64,000 nucleotides of DNA, from the NCBI GenBank assembly GCA_965240325.2, contig OZ251231.1, positions 1,488,001 to 1,552,000 of the forward strand. Direction: 5' to 3'. Shown one piece after another: positions 51,376 to 62,112 of the stretch (its first letter is position 1; each line of letters begins with the position of its first letter). Source of the stretch: Rebecca billardiae RCC1528 (lineage: Eukaryota; Protista; Haptophyta). The notes under the pieces were generated by a model that searched no databases, was not told the DNA's origin, and worked only from the letters and a program-made list of their open reading frames with translations. The position numbers were made by a program, and so were the translations under genes.

Positions 51376-52470
51376 CGGATATCCCACTGCGATCCTATCC
51401 CATAGGATTCAATCCTATGGCATAGGATGGCCCCAGGGACGACTCAGCAGACGACATTTTCTCACGTTGCCGAATGGTACGACTGCACCTAGGGGTCGGT
51501 AGCAGTGTCGCCACCATCCGCCAGAGCGAGCTTGTTGTGATTTTCGACCACCACCGCATGTTTTGGGCTCCACGGATGGAGCGCGTGAAGCCGTCGCGGT
51601 CGCTGCCGCCTTGCGACTCCACGGCGGCAACGCCGACCGACATGTGGCACTTGTAGATGACACCCAGCTTGATGCTCACACATCGTGGTTCACTGTGCTC
51701 GACCGGAGCCGTACGAGGTTCATCCACAATGCGTTTTGGACCTCGCCAAGCACGGCATTGTACGTCACGCCGGGGCTGCGCGCGCAAGCCGCTGCGGGTC
51801 GCTCGCGTCGTCAGGTGGTTGCGATCGAGCATCGGCGCGCATGTAGAGCAAGCCTCGGAGGTAGCCGGAACATCTTGCCATGCCGCGTGCGTGGATGGTA
51901 TCGCACCTGTAGACACGCCATGCGTGTGCCGCAGTCGATTTACGCGCCGCTCGACCCGCACGCTCTTGGATTCGTGGGCTCGTGGTCCTCAAGGACGGCC
52001 GCCACCATCGTGGGAGGTCCGTGGCCGCACGCACGATGGCGGTTGCCCTCTCTTCGCCCCGCCACAGAATCGGTGTGCCACGGGCAGCAACGCGCCTGGC
52101 GGCGTGGGCGGCGGTGCGGGCGGCAGCGCGGGCATCCGGTGCGAGCACCCGCCGGCGCCGTCCGTGCCCAGGGTCGCCGCTCGGCTGCCAGGGGCGAGCA
52201 ACTGACGCTGTCATGCCGATCCTATGTAGCCGTCCCTGGCGCGGATCCTATGGCATAGGATCGCGCGCGCGCGCGCGGTCGCGCGCGCGCGCGCGCGACC
52301 GCCGTGGCAGTGGCGGCAGGCGGAGATGGTGTGTGTCGACAGCCGGTGGAGTTGTGTGTACGATATAGCAACACCGATGATCGTATGCGCAAAACTGAGC
52401 CGCTGGCGCTCTGGTGAACTCATCCTATGCCATACGATCAGATCCTATATCTGTTGCAGTGGGATATCCG
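51376..52470. mobile_element. Non-autonomous TIR DNA transposon (1095 bp) with 15-bp TIR, 4-bp TGAA TSD and palindromic subterminal repeats
   Basis: TGAA|CGGATATCCCACTGC (51376-51390) ... GCAGTGGGATATCCG (52456-52470)|TGAA. Subterminal ATCCTATGGCATAGGAT-like palindromes at 51391, 51412, 52244 and 52422. Confidence 0.8.
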
Positions 52471-52941
52471 TGAAGTGCGCGCCGGGGCGCCGTGTCCGAC
52501 TCATCTCGGTTAACTACTATTTACTAGTACACAGCAGCAGACTGCATCACGGATGCCGCCGGCCAGCAGATCATCGAAGGAACACGACGCGTACTATGCA
52601 TACTGCGGCTATGAGTGATGTCGTATGACGAAGATTGAGTTCATCATCAATGCCGCAACCCGCATTATGACGTCGTGTCATCCGCGACGGTCGTGTCACC
52701 TCCGGCGGCAGCGGCGCCAGTGCTCGGACAGTGCGAGCCGCGTGGAGGCGATAGACGCGGCGCCGCTGCGATCGCTTCGTGCCGGGGGTGGCACCCGTGG
52801 TCCCCGTCCATGGCCATCGGCAGCCAGTGCGCGTGCAACAGCAGCGTTGAGCAGCCTTCTGAAGATGACGTTATGGAACTAGTATTTACTCCGCATGCTG
52901 ATCTAGTTCATGGACTCCGGTTGCCCGCGCCGCGTTCGAGC

Positions 52942-54507
52942 TCAATCCATCAGCTTGGAGACAACGCCCGCGCCCACAGTCCTGTTTGGCGCGACAGGTG
53001 GGCGGGGCGCGCACGCGATTCGGCGGCAAGGGTCCGGATCAGCCAGGCGCGCGCACGCGCATGCGTGGCGGCTGCGCACGAGGACACGCGCGGGCCGGAG
53101 CGAGCCGCTGCGTGCGCTCACCGCCCGCCCTCGCGGAATGCGAAACGCATGCCCTCGTTCAGCGCGACCGGCGTGAGGAGCTCGCACTCGACGGTGCAGT
53201 TGTCGCCGGGCAGGACCATCTGCCTGTCCTCGTCGAGCTTCACCGAGCCGGTGATGTTGGCCGTGCGGAAGAAGAACTGCGGCGAGTAGTTGGTCATGAA
53301 GGGCGTGTGCCGCCCTCCCTCCTCCTTTGTGAGCGCGTAGATCTCGGCCTGGAAGCGCTTGTGCGCCGTGAGCGAGCCGGGCTTGGCGAGCACCTGTGCC
53401 GAAGGCGGGCCGAGCCGTTTCGCGCGCGCGCGCGTGAGCGGGGCAGCGCGCGCGCCAGGCAATACCCAATAGCGTACCCCCGGGTCCGCGCTCGCGCGCG
53501 CTCGAGCGCGCGCGCGGCGCGAGTGCGGTGCGCAGCACCTGGCCGCGCTGCAGCTCCTCGCGCTTGACGCCCCGGAGCAGCGCGCCGATGCTGTCGCCCG
53601 CCTGGCCCTTGTCGAGCAGCTTGTGGAACATCTCGACGCCCGTGATCGTCGTCTTCGACACCGTCGGGTTCAGCCCCACGATCTCGAGCTCCTCGCCCAC
53701 CTTGACGGTGCCGCGCTCGACGCGTCCCGTCGCCACCGTCCCTCTTCCCGCGATCGAGAACGTGTCCTCGATCGGCATGAGGAACGGCTTCTCCGTGTCG
53801 CGCTCGGGCGTGGGGATGTACGCGTCGACCTCGTCCATCAGCTTGAGCACGGCGTCCTTCCCGATCGCGTCGTCCCGCCCCTCCAGCGCCGCGAGCGCCG
53901 AGCCGCGCACGATCGGCACGTCGTCGCCCGGGAACTTGTACTGCGAGAGCAGCTCGCGGATCTCCATCTCCACGAGCTCGAGCAGCTCCTCGTCGTCGAC
54001 GGTGTCCACCTTGTTGAGGAAGACGACGAGCGCGGGGATGCCCACCTGGTTCGCCAGCAGCACGTGCTCACGCGTCTGCGGCATCGGCCCATCCGCTGCC
54101 GACACCACCAGGATCGCACCCTCCATCGTCGCCGCGCCGGTGATCATGTTCTTCACGTAATCCGCGTGGCCCGGGCAGTCGACGTGGCCATAGTGGCGCG
54201 TATCTGTCTCGTACTCGATGTGCGTCGAGTTGATGGTGATGCCGCGCGCCTTCTCCTCAGGCGCCTTGTCGATGTCTGCGTACCCTTTCGCCTCGCCGCC
54301 GAGCTTGTCCGAGAGCACCTTGGAGATGGCGGCCGTGAGCGTCGTCTTGCCGTGGTCAACGTGCCCGATGGTGCCAATGTTGAGGTGTGGCTTCGTACGG
54401 TCGAATGTGGAGAGCGCACGCACGCCAAGCCAGCCCCGCGGCGCGCCGCCGGCCTGCGCCGCCGTCCACGCGTGCCGAGCCGCCAGCAGCGCCGATCGCG
54501 ACGACAT
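52942..54507 (-). CDS. TUFM: Mitochondrial elongation factor Tu; introns 53394-53538 and 52982-53121
   Basis: Arg/Ala-rich presequence, then [39 protein letters not shown] and, after splicing, [13 protein letters not shown]. Confidence 0.95.
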   Translation of the reverse strand: MSSRSALLAARHAWTAAQAGGAPRGWLGVRALSTFDRTKPHLNIGTIGHVDHGKTTLTAAISKVLSDKLGGEAKGYADIDKAPEEKARGITINSTHIEYETDTRHYGHVDCPGHADYVKNMITGAATMEGAILVVSAADGPMPQTREHVLLANQVGIPALVVFLNKVDTVDDEELLELVEMEIRELLSQYKFPGDDVPIVRGSALAALEGRDDAIGKDAVLKLMDEVDAYIPTPERDTEKPFLMPIEDTFSIAGRGTVATGRVERGTVKVGEELEIVGLNPTVSKTTITGVEMFHKLLDKGQAGDSIGALLRGVKREELQRGQVLRTALAPRARSSARERGPGGTLLGIAWRARCPAHARARETARPAFGTGARQARLAHGAQALPGRDLRAHKGGGRAAHALHDQLLAAVLLPHGQHHRLGEARRGQADGPARRQLHRRVRAPHAGRAERGHAFRIPRGRAVSARSGSLRPARVLVRSRHACACARLADPDPCRRIACAPRPPVAPNRTVGAGVVSKLMD

Positions 54508-54796
54508 CCTGCTCGCGCGTGTTCGACGGCGGAACACGTGGGTCCCCCAGTGGCAGCGGCGGCTTGAGGGGGGTTGCTTATTCGCGGAACGGCTTGTATA
54601 ACTATTCGTGAACCGCCGCGTGCGGCCACTATCGCTTTGGACGTGAGTCCATACAGAGTGGGTAACCTTTCAGAAAGGAAGCCCTACCCATTGGAACCAA
54701 CCGCTAACCGCGCGAGGTGAAGGTCGGGGCGGGGCGGCCTGCGGGGCCTGCAACTCCTGCCACGGCCCTCGCGAGTGCGAGGGCGCGCGCAGAGCC

Positions 54797-56826
54797 ATGG
54801 CCGTCGCGGCGGCCCTGGCCGCTGTGAAGACCAAGCGAGACGCAGAGTCCGGCAAGGACGACGAGGATGACGAGCTCCGCGCCGCCATGGAGCGGGCCGC
54901 GCGCCCGAGTGGGCACGATCTGACAGCAGACATGGATTCCGACGCGGAATCGACACATGCTGGTGGTGACGGCAATAAGAGCACGCTCCCACCGGTGCGC
55001 GTGCTCTCGGAGGAGACACAAGCCGCCCGCATCGCCGCTCAGCGCGCCGCCCGGCGAGGCGGCCAGAGCGACATGACGAGAAGGCGAAACTCGGTCGACG
55101 CGCTCGTCGATGCGCGGATGGCCGAGTTGGCCGAGGCGAACAACAAGGCGCCCCCGAAGCCGGGCTCGGTGCGATGGTACCAGCAGGTGGCGCGCGTGCT
55201 GTACGAGACACCCGCCATGCAGATGGGCGTCGCCGGGCTCATCGCCGCCAACTTCCTCTTCTCCGCCGTGGAAGCGCAGCTCGCCGAGAGCAGCACACCG
55301 GAGAGCATCGCCGTGTTCAGCGTGACAGAGTGGAGTGCGCGCGCGCGCGCGCGCGCGCGCGCGCGCGCGGTCGTTCCCATGCTGCACTGAGCGTGGCACG
55401 CCCTGGCGTGGCGCGGGGGCGGGCGGGCGGCGGCGCTCACACCTCGCGCCGCGCGGCGCGCGCCTGGCCGGCCGCGTGCCCGGCAGTCTTCGCGGTGGCC
55501 TTCACGGTCGAGCTGGTGTGGAACGCGGCTGCGTACTGGCTGAAGGAGTTCTGGGCGTCGGGCTGGAACGTGTTCGACGTGTTCATCGTGGCGGTGACGT
55601 GGGCCAAGCTGCTGCTCTCGAACCTGCCGGGCGTGGGCGTGCTCCGCCTCTTCCGCGCGTTCCGAGTCTTCCGGCTGTTCAAGCGGATCGAGAGCCTGCG
55701 CACGATCATCGAGGCGGTGTTTGCGTCGCTGCCGGCGGTGGGCAACGCGTTCATCGTGCTGGGGATCCTGATGGGGATCTGGTCGATCATCGGCGTCGAG
55801 TTCTTCGGCGAGTACGCCGAGCAGCACTTCGCCACCTTCACCAAGGCGATGTTCACAATGTGGCAGATCATGACGCTCGACGGCTGGGCGCTGATCGCGC
55901 GCCGGCTCATCTACGGCTCCAGCTCGACCAACGAGATCACGGCGCCGATCTTCTTCGTGAGCTACACGTTCATCGCGGCGATCGTGATGACCAACGTGGT
56001 CATCGCGATCCTGCTCGACAACTACCTCCGCGCGATCGACCGCGCGAAGGAGGAGAAGGAGGAGGCGGAGGCGCTGCGGCGCGAGGAGGAGGAGAAGGCG
56101 GCGCTCGAGCAGAAGCGGCAGAGGATCGCCGCAGGCGGCGACGTGCGCGCTGCGCCGCGCCGGCGCCGGCCGGCCGCGCATCCGTGCGCCGCCGCGCACG
56201 GGCCGACGCCCGCCCCCACGCCCGCCCGCGCCGCGCGCCGCCTGCGCGCGCAGGACGAGACCCAGATCATCGACGCGTCCGCGGCGTCGGAGCTCGCGCC
56301 CACCGTCGTGCCGCAGGTGATGGCCAAGCTGTGCTCGCCGCGCAAGCTGCGGCGGATGGGGCGCGACCAGCTGCTCGAGCTCGCGGCCGTGCTCTTCTCG
56401 AACCACCTCTCGCGCGACCGGCTGCTGCACTACGCGCACGCCAAGGTGGCCGGCGGCAAGGTGCCCGAGGACACCGTCGCCGGAGACCTGCTGCGGGCGC
56501 TCGCAGGGCTCTACGTTCCGGAGGAGGTGCTGACGCAGCGCGCGAGCGAGGCCTCCGTCATCGGCGGCTCGTTCAAAGTCGTGCTGCCTGGCGGCGGCGC
56601 GTTCGGGGGCCTGGGGGGAGCGCGCAGCGCCAGCGGCAGTGTGAGCTTGCCGCCGCCGCGCGCGACCCACGGGGACTTTGAGCCAGCCGGACAAAGCGCG
56701 CGTGCCTGGGGAGGCGTGGATGCCGTCATTCCTCTGAGTGGCACCTCGGCCGCGGAGGGCGGCGACGTCAACGGGGGCGACGATGAAGGGCGCAAAAGCA
56801 GGCCTCCGTTGGGCCCTGACCTGTGA
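54797..56826 (+). CDS. Single-domain (6-TM) voltage-gated Na+/Ca2+ channel, EukCat/BacNav/CatSper-like; introns 55335-55486 and 56143-56253
   Basis: S1 LIAANF, S2 FTVEL, S3 WNVFDVFIV, S4 LRLFRAFRVFRLFKR, pore FTMWQIMTLDGW, S6 NVVIAILLD, then a coiled coil. Confidence 0.9.
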
Positions 56827-57329
56827 TGCTATCGGTGTGACAGCTCACCCTAGCTGTCTGATCACGCCTCCGACGGCCAGCGCCGATCGCCGAGGCCGAG
56901 AGCGATGCGCACGCTGCCACTGCTAACAGGTTGCGCGACAGGGAAATTGACCGGCCGCGACTGACGACAGATCACGGCCGTGCTTGGATAGCTGGTTACA
57001 TTCTGGTCACATTCACACTGGACGACTGGGCCGGCAGACGCGGCCTGTCCACCCGTCTTGAAGTCGCCATGCGCCCGGCCGCGGCGCGCGCTCTCGCGCG
57101 CTGCACGATGCCCGCTGTTGCGGGTGCAGCGCGCCACTCCGCGCCTTGATCGGCCACATCTTCCTGCTTGAGTAGCATGTACCGAAAGTCAACCACCCTG
57201 CTCGAGAGCTCCAATCGTGACATCACGCAGCCGCGCGGCAAGTTCACGCGGCATCTGAGTCAGAGGGCAGCAAGCAGGCTGTCTCAGCCTGGAAGAGGCC
57301 CAGGCCCGGTGTGAAGAGAGGTAGCAATG

Positions 57330-58450
57330 CAAGGTGGATACGTGCCGTGCACGTTGCCGCCTGGCCGCACACGACGTTCACAGCCTACAAATTGCGCGTG
57401 CGTGCTTGTGCTCGGCCACGTCCATTCATCAGCTGTGCGTGGACTGGATGGAGCGCGCGCGCGACTGGTCTTGCACATCACGTCGCGCAGCAACAGTCGC
57501 GGGGGGAGACGCGCAACACACATAGTATGCGACAACCTTGCAATGTTCATCCAGCGCGTGTTGGTGAGGGTCGAAAAGCTGGCGGCGGATACCTCTCACC
57601 GCTCGGTTGCACTTGATGGTACGCCGGCCGGAGCGCTGAACTGTCAGAGTGGTGGCATGCTCGAGGCTCTTGGATGACGAGGCGGTCGCTACGCAGTCTA
57701 TCTATGCCGTCAACAAGAAGAACGGCATCCACGCACGACGCTTCGCGAGCGCAGACCTGCTTCCGCGCTGCGACGCGCATCGACAATAATTGCTCAGCAG
57801 GCTGACGAGGCTCCACGCCTCACTCGCGCCCAAGAACAGCAGGGCGAGTGCTAAGAAGCGGGCGAAGGAAGCTGTCACTCGCTGCGGCAAGGACGCTCCG
57901 GCTGCGCGCGAATGGTCAGTGAGCCCTACATAGCCTTCTTTGTCTCGCGCGAGCGCAGTATCAAGGGTGAGGCGCGAGGTGTTGCAGACAGACAGACGGT
58001 CGCACAGGCTCACGTAGACAGCTCGAGCCTCGATGGTGATGGTCGAAAAGCTTCTATTGAGTGTTCAGATGCAGAGCGCGTGCGTATACCGAGCAGGAGC
58101 TCACGACCTACATGGTATCTATGCCAAGTATGGATCTCCCCGCCGGCCCACAAGTCGCTGACGACTTACTGTCGAACTCGAATGCTCGCGCGCGGCACTG
58201 CGAGCGAAGGAAGGCTGCACTCTTCGACGAGCTCGGTCCGATCTTGACGGTTTGCCATGCGGCGCGTGGTGACGGGCCCTGGGCTCGAGGCGGATGGCGC
58301 GTGCGGCTAGAAGCAGATAGAGCCGGACGTGTGCGCTCGCTCCTAGACGCGTCGAAGGGAGGACTGTCTCCAGCTGCCTGATGATCCTGGACGAGAGGAT
58401 GCTGCTGCTGTGGCATCGCCGTCCAACGCGACGTGTGATGACGTTCCGAT
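57330..58450 (+). pseudogene. Decayed Mutator-like (MULE) transposase relic
   Basis: Frame-broken fragments in MuDR order: RVRAC..SCAWT..AR (N-terminal Zn finger), VALDGT..GGMLEALG (first catalytic Asp, 57606), IAFFVSRERSIKG, VFRCRARAYTEQELTTYMVSM (58061) and ILDER/CCCGIAVQ (SWIM-like, ~58400). Lower GC than neighbouring genes. Confidence 0.5.
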
Positions 58451-59051
58451 CGGATGATGACAGTCACTGCCGCAAGGCGCGGGGGTCAAGGCGGTGCTAG
58501 CTCACGGGATGCAGCACACTCGGACAAGTCATGACGACACGCGCATTCAGCTAGTCATCATGCGGGGCTGCGTCAACGCGAGGCACGCGCGAGCGGCGAG
58601 TGGGCGGGCGCCATCCTTCAGAGGCACCGGTTTCCGCGAATGTGACACCAGCAAGCGGACAGTTTCTGTGCAACCTGTCTGCGGTCCGCCGCGTCACGCG
58701 CAGCCGCGGGGCCGGGCGGCACTGGCGGCTTATTCGGGCATTCCGCATTGTTCAGATTTCAGTCGGCCCCGTAGCGTAGCTCCTCAGACCTTCGAGGCAG
58801 GCTCTCCAAGTCCAGGCAGCGCAGACGGGCAGACGGCCCTTCCGACAGCGCCAGGCGTCGGCAATAACTGACGATGATGAACGTGTCCCGTACTCGTAGT
58901 CCGCCGTGACTCCTGATGGACTAATAATGCTCATCCTCGCGTGACACGCGGGCGGCGAGTTACACAGTCAGTATGAGTAGCCGCGGCTGATGGCATGTCG
59001 AGCCTGAGCCCTGGGCCTGATGATATCGCGCGGAGCCGTCTGAAAGGCGGG

Positions 59052-60980
59052 TCATGATTGCTGCGGGCCGCGGCCAGACCCAGCGCCCCTGCCAGCGGCC
59101 CTAGCTCCGCCACGATTTGCATTGACGTTCGGCCCGCGCGACGCCTTGGCTCCGGGCCCCGCGGGCTGCTTGCCCCGTGCGCCGCCGGCCACGGCGGCGC
59201 CGCCTGCGGGAGGCGCCGCGTGCGCGCCTGCTGCCCAGGATGGTGCTGATCCAGAGGCACCGGCGCCGTTCGGAGGCCGTTGCCCTCCGGCCTCGTCGCC
59301 CTCGTCGTCGTCGTCTGATTCCGAGTCCGCCTCGAGTGTCTGCGTGCGCCCACGCCGCGCGTGCAGGCACGCGCGCGCACGTCAGAGATGTCGCGTGAGT
59401 CTCGCGCGGGCGCGCGCGCCATCCGGGCTCGCGCGTGCGGCGCCGCACCTGCATCCCCGCCGTGGCGATGCTCCCGCCCACGGGCGTCTCTCTCCGCGCG
59501 CGGCCGAGCAGCTCGCACATGGCCGCCGAGTCGAGCGTGTTCCACACGCCCACCTTGCCCGTCGAGCCGCCGGCAGCGAGCAGGTGCGGCGCGTCCGCGC
59601 AGAACGCGACGTCAAAGAGCGCGCCGAGCCCGAGCTCGCGCGACTCGATCAGCGCCGGCTGATGGCTGTCGATGCGCCACACCTTGGCGACCTGCGCGGC
59701 GGGTGGGCGGGCGCGTGTGAGGGCGCGGCGGGCTCGCGGGCGTGCGCGCGCGCGCGTCCGCGCGCCTGCGCGCCCACCTTGTCCATCGAGCACGTCGCCA
59801 GCACTGCCCTGTTCTGGGGGTTGATGGAGAGCCCTGTCGCGGCCGCGTCGTGCGCCGCGAGCAGCCAGACGCGGCTCGAGGTGCGCACGTCGAAGCAGCT
59901 GACGTGCCCGTCCTCGGTGCTGACGAGGACTTGCTCGTCGCTCAGCCACGTTGCGCTCTCCACGTCCGCGTCGAGCGCGAAGCTCCGATGCGCGCCCTGC
60001 GTGCGCACGTCGAGCACGGCCGCGGTGCGATCGAACGCGCCGCTCAGCAGCACGCTTGGCTCCGTCGGGTGCCACCGCACAGCCTGCACCTTGCCCGCGT
60101 GGTGCGTGAGCGTCTGCACGCACGGCAGGGAGGGCTGCGAGAGGTCCCACAGCCGCACCGTGTGGTCCGCCGAGCCGCTTGCCAGCGCGTTCGGCTGCAG
60201 CGCGTTCCACGCCAGCGCCATCACCGCGTCGGTGTGCCCCTTCGCCGGGTCAGGCTCGCCGCCCGAGCGCTCAGCCGCGACGCTGCCGCCCTTCTTCTTC
60301 TTCTTCTTGCCGAGCTTGCCGCCCGTGGGAGGGAGCGGCTCGGTGTACGGCTCGCCGAGCACGGCTAGCGGCGTGAACGTGTTCAGCACGTCCAGGTCCC
60401 AGATCTCGATCTGCGGCTCGAACGTGCCTACGACCACGAGGTTGCGCCCGGGCGTGGCGTCGTCTGAGCCTGCCGTTCCGGCAGGCCGGTAGCCGAGCCA
60501 CTCGAGCGCGAGCGGGAAGGAGGGCAGGAGGATGTCGTGGTGCGGGTACAGATTGTGCCCGTCCTCCTCATACACGTGCACCTCGATGTTGGACACGTCC
60601 TCCTCGGAGCGCGCGGCGAGGATGAGCCGGTCGGTCGGCCGAATCTCCAGGTCATCGACGTCGTCCTCGTCCTCGTCGCCGTCCTTGAGCGTAATGTACG
60701 GGTCGTCGTCGTTGGTGGAGTGGTACATGAGTACCTTGCGCGAGAACATGGGCAGCGCCCCGGCGTCGCGCGGGTCGTCATCCTCGTCGTACGTGTCCAG
60801 GCCAAACTCGCGAGTGATCTCGTCGTCGTCCGCGCCGGCGCCGCTGGCACCACCCCCGTCGCCGCGCGCGTGCGCGCCGGCGAGAGCGGTCTCGTCGTCC
60901 ATATCATCGCCCGTGGGCTCGTGCTCCACCGGCTTCGACCGCGCCGCGCCGCTGCGCACCCAGCTGACGGACGAGATCAT
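59052..60980 (-). CDS. PWP1: Periodic tryptophan protein 1 (WD40 ribosome-biogenesis factor); introns 59692-59777 and 59340-59448
   Basis: MISSVSWV..G, DDPYITL, NLYPHHDILLPSFPLALEWL, GTFEPQIEIWDLDV, GHTDAVMALAWN, LASGSADHTVRLWDL. Confidence 0.92.
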
Positions 60981-62112
60981 GACGTCGGCGTCGCCACGCA
61001 GCCGCTTCCGCTGCAACGATACGGCCACGGGGCCTGTCGCTTGGCTGTGCGCCGGGCGTCGTGAGCGTCGTTCCTCTTTTTTTGTTGGCTGAAGCAATTT
61101 TCACCGGTGCCCATTTCCCGCGCGCGCCCGGCGCCCCGGCGGGGCCGGCAGCGGCGGAGACGCCCGGGCGTGTGGCGCGTATCTCGCCGAGACCGCCCGG
61201 GAGTCCGAGGCGGCCCCGCCGGCCCGCTGTCAGAGCTGGCAATATTGCTGGCCAGCTCCCATCGGCCAGGGACCTAGAAATAGATGCCTGGCGCCTTTTC
61301 CCGTAATGCCGAGTCCTGACTATAGTGTCTAGTGACTCGATGACTCCTGAGTCCTGTGGGCCTGCTCGCGCGTAGCCGTAGTCGCGCGAACTCAGCTGCT
61401 CCGATTCTCATTGAGTCATCAAGATTCTGTAGTGACTCATCAGAGTCTCACATAATCAGAGACAGCTAGTCACTTTATAGCACTCCCAGCCCCAGGGCCA
61501 GGACATTCCCGTCCGCCCGATATTCCGGCGATTCCGCACTCGGCATTGCGCGGGATGGAGTCAGACAGACGACACTAGTCACTAGACAGTCGACAGTCGA
61601 CAGTCGACAGAGTACTCACCCGTGACCCGGAGCGCCGAGCGGGCGAGACCGGCGGGAGCGGCTGTAGTGCCTCGCTGTCGTAGTCAAATTGTCCGGACAG
61701 CAGGCTCAGCACTCACAGCACGGGCTGCCGCAGCGGTAGTCTGGTTTGAGTCTGGACTCTGGTAACGCTGAACGCAACTTCCGTCTTCCCGGTTCATTAA
61801 AAACTAATAATTATACTTAATTAAGTTAACTATTCATGATATTATTATTCGCATCAAATTCAATAATAAGTCATAGCAGTCGCACACTCATCATATAATG
61901 CGGCATGCCTCCGAGTCCGAGAGTCACTGACGACTGATGTGCAACAGTGCATGCAATTGCAGCATGGCTGCGGCCGCACGCCGCACGCGGCACGGCCCAC
62001 CGCCCAGTGAGTGAGGCGGGCCCACACGGCCGGCCCGCGCTGGCGGCCCGGCGGGCACACGCGCCGTCGCCGTCCGCCGTGCCTGCAATATGATCGGGTA
62101 TCGGGACGGGGC

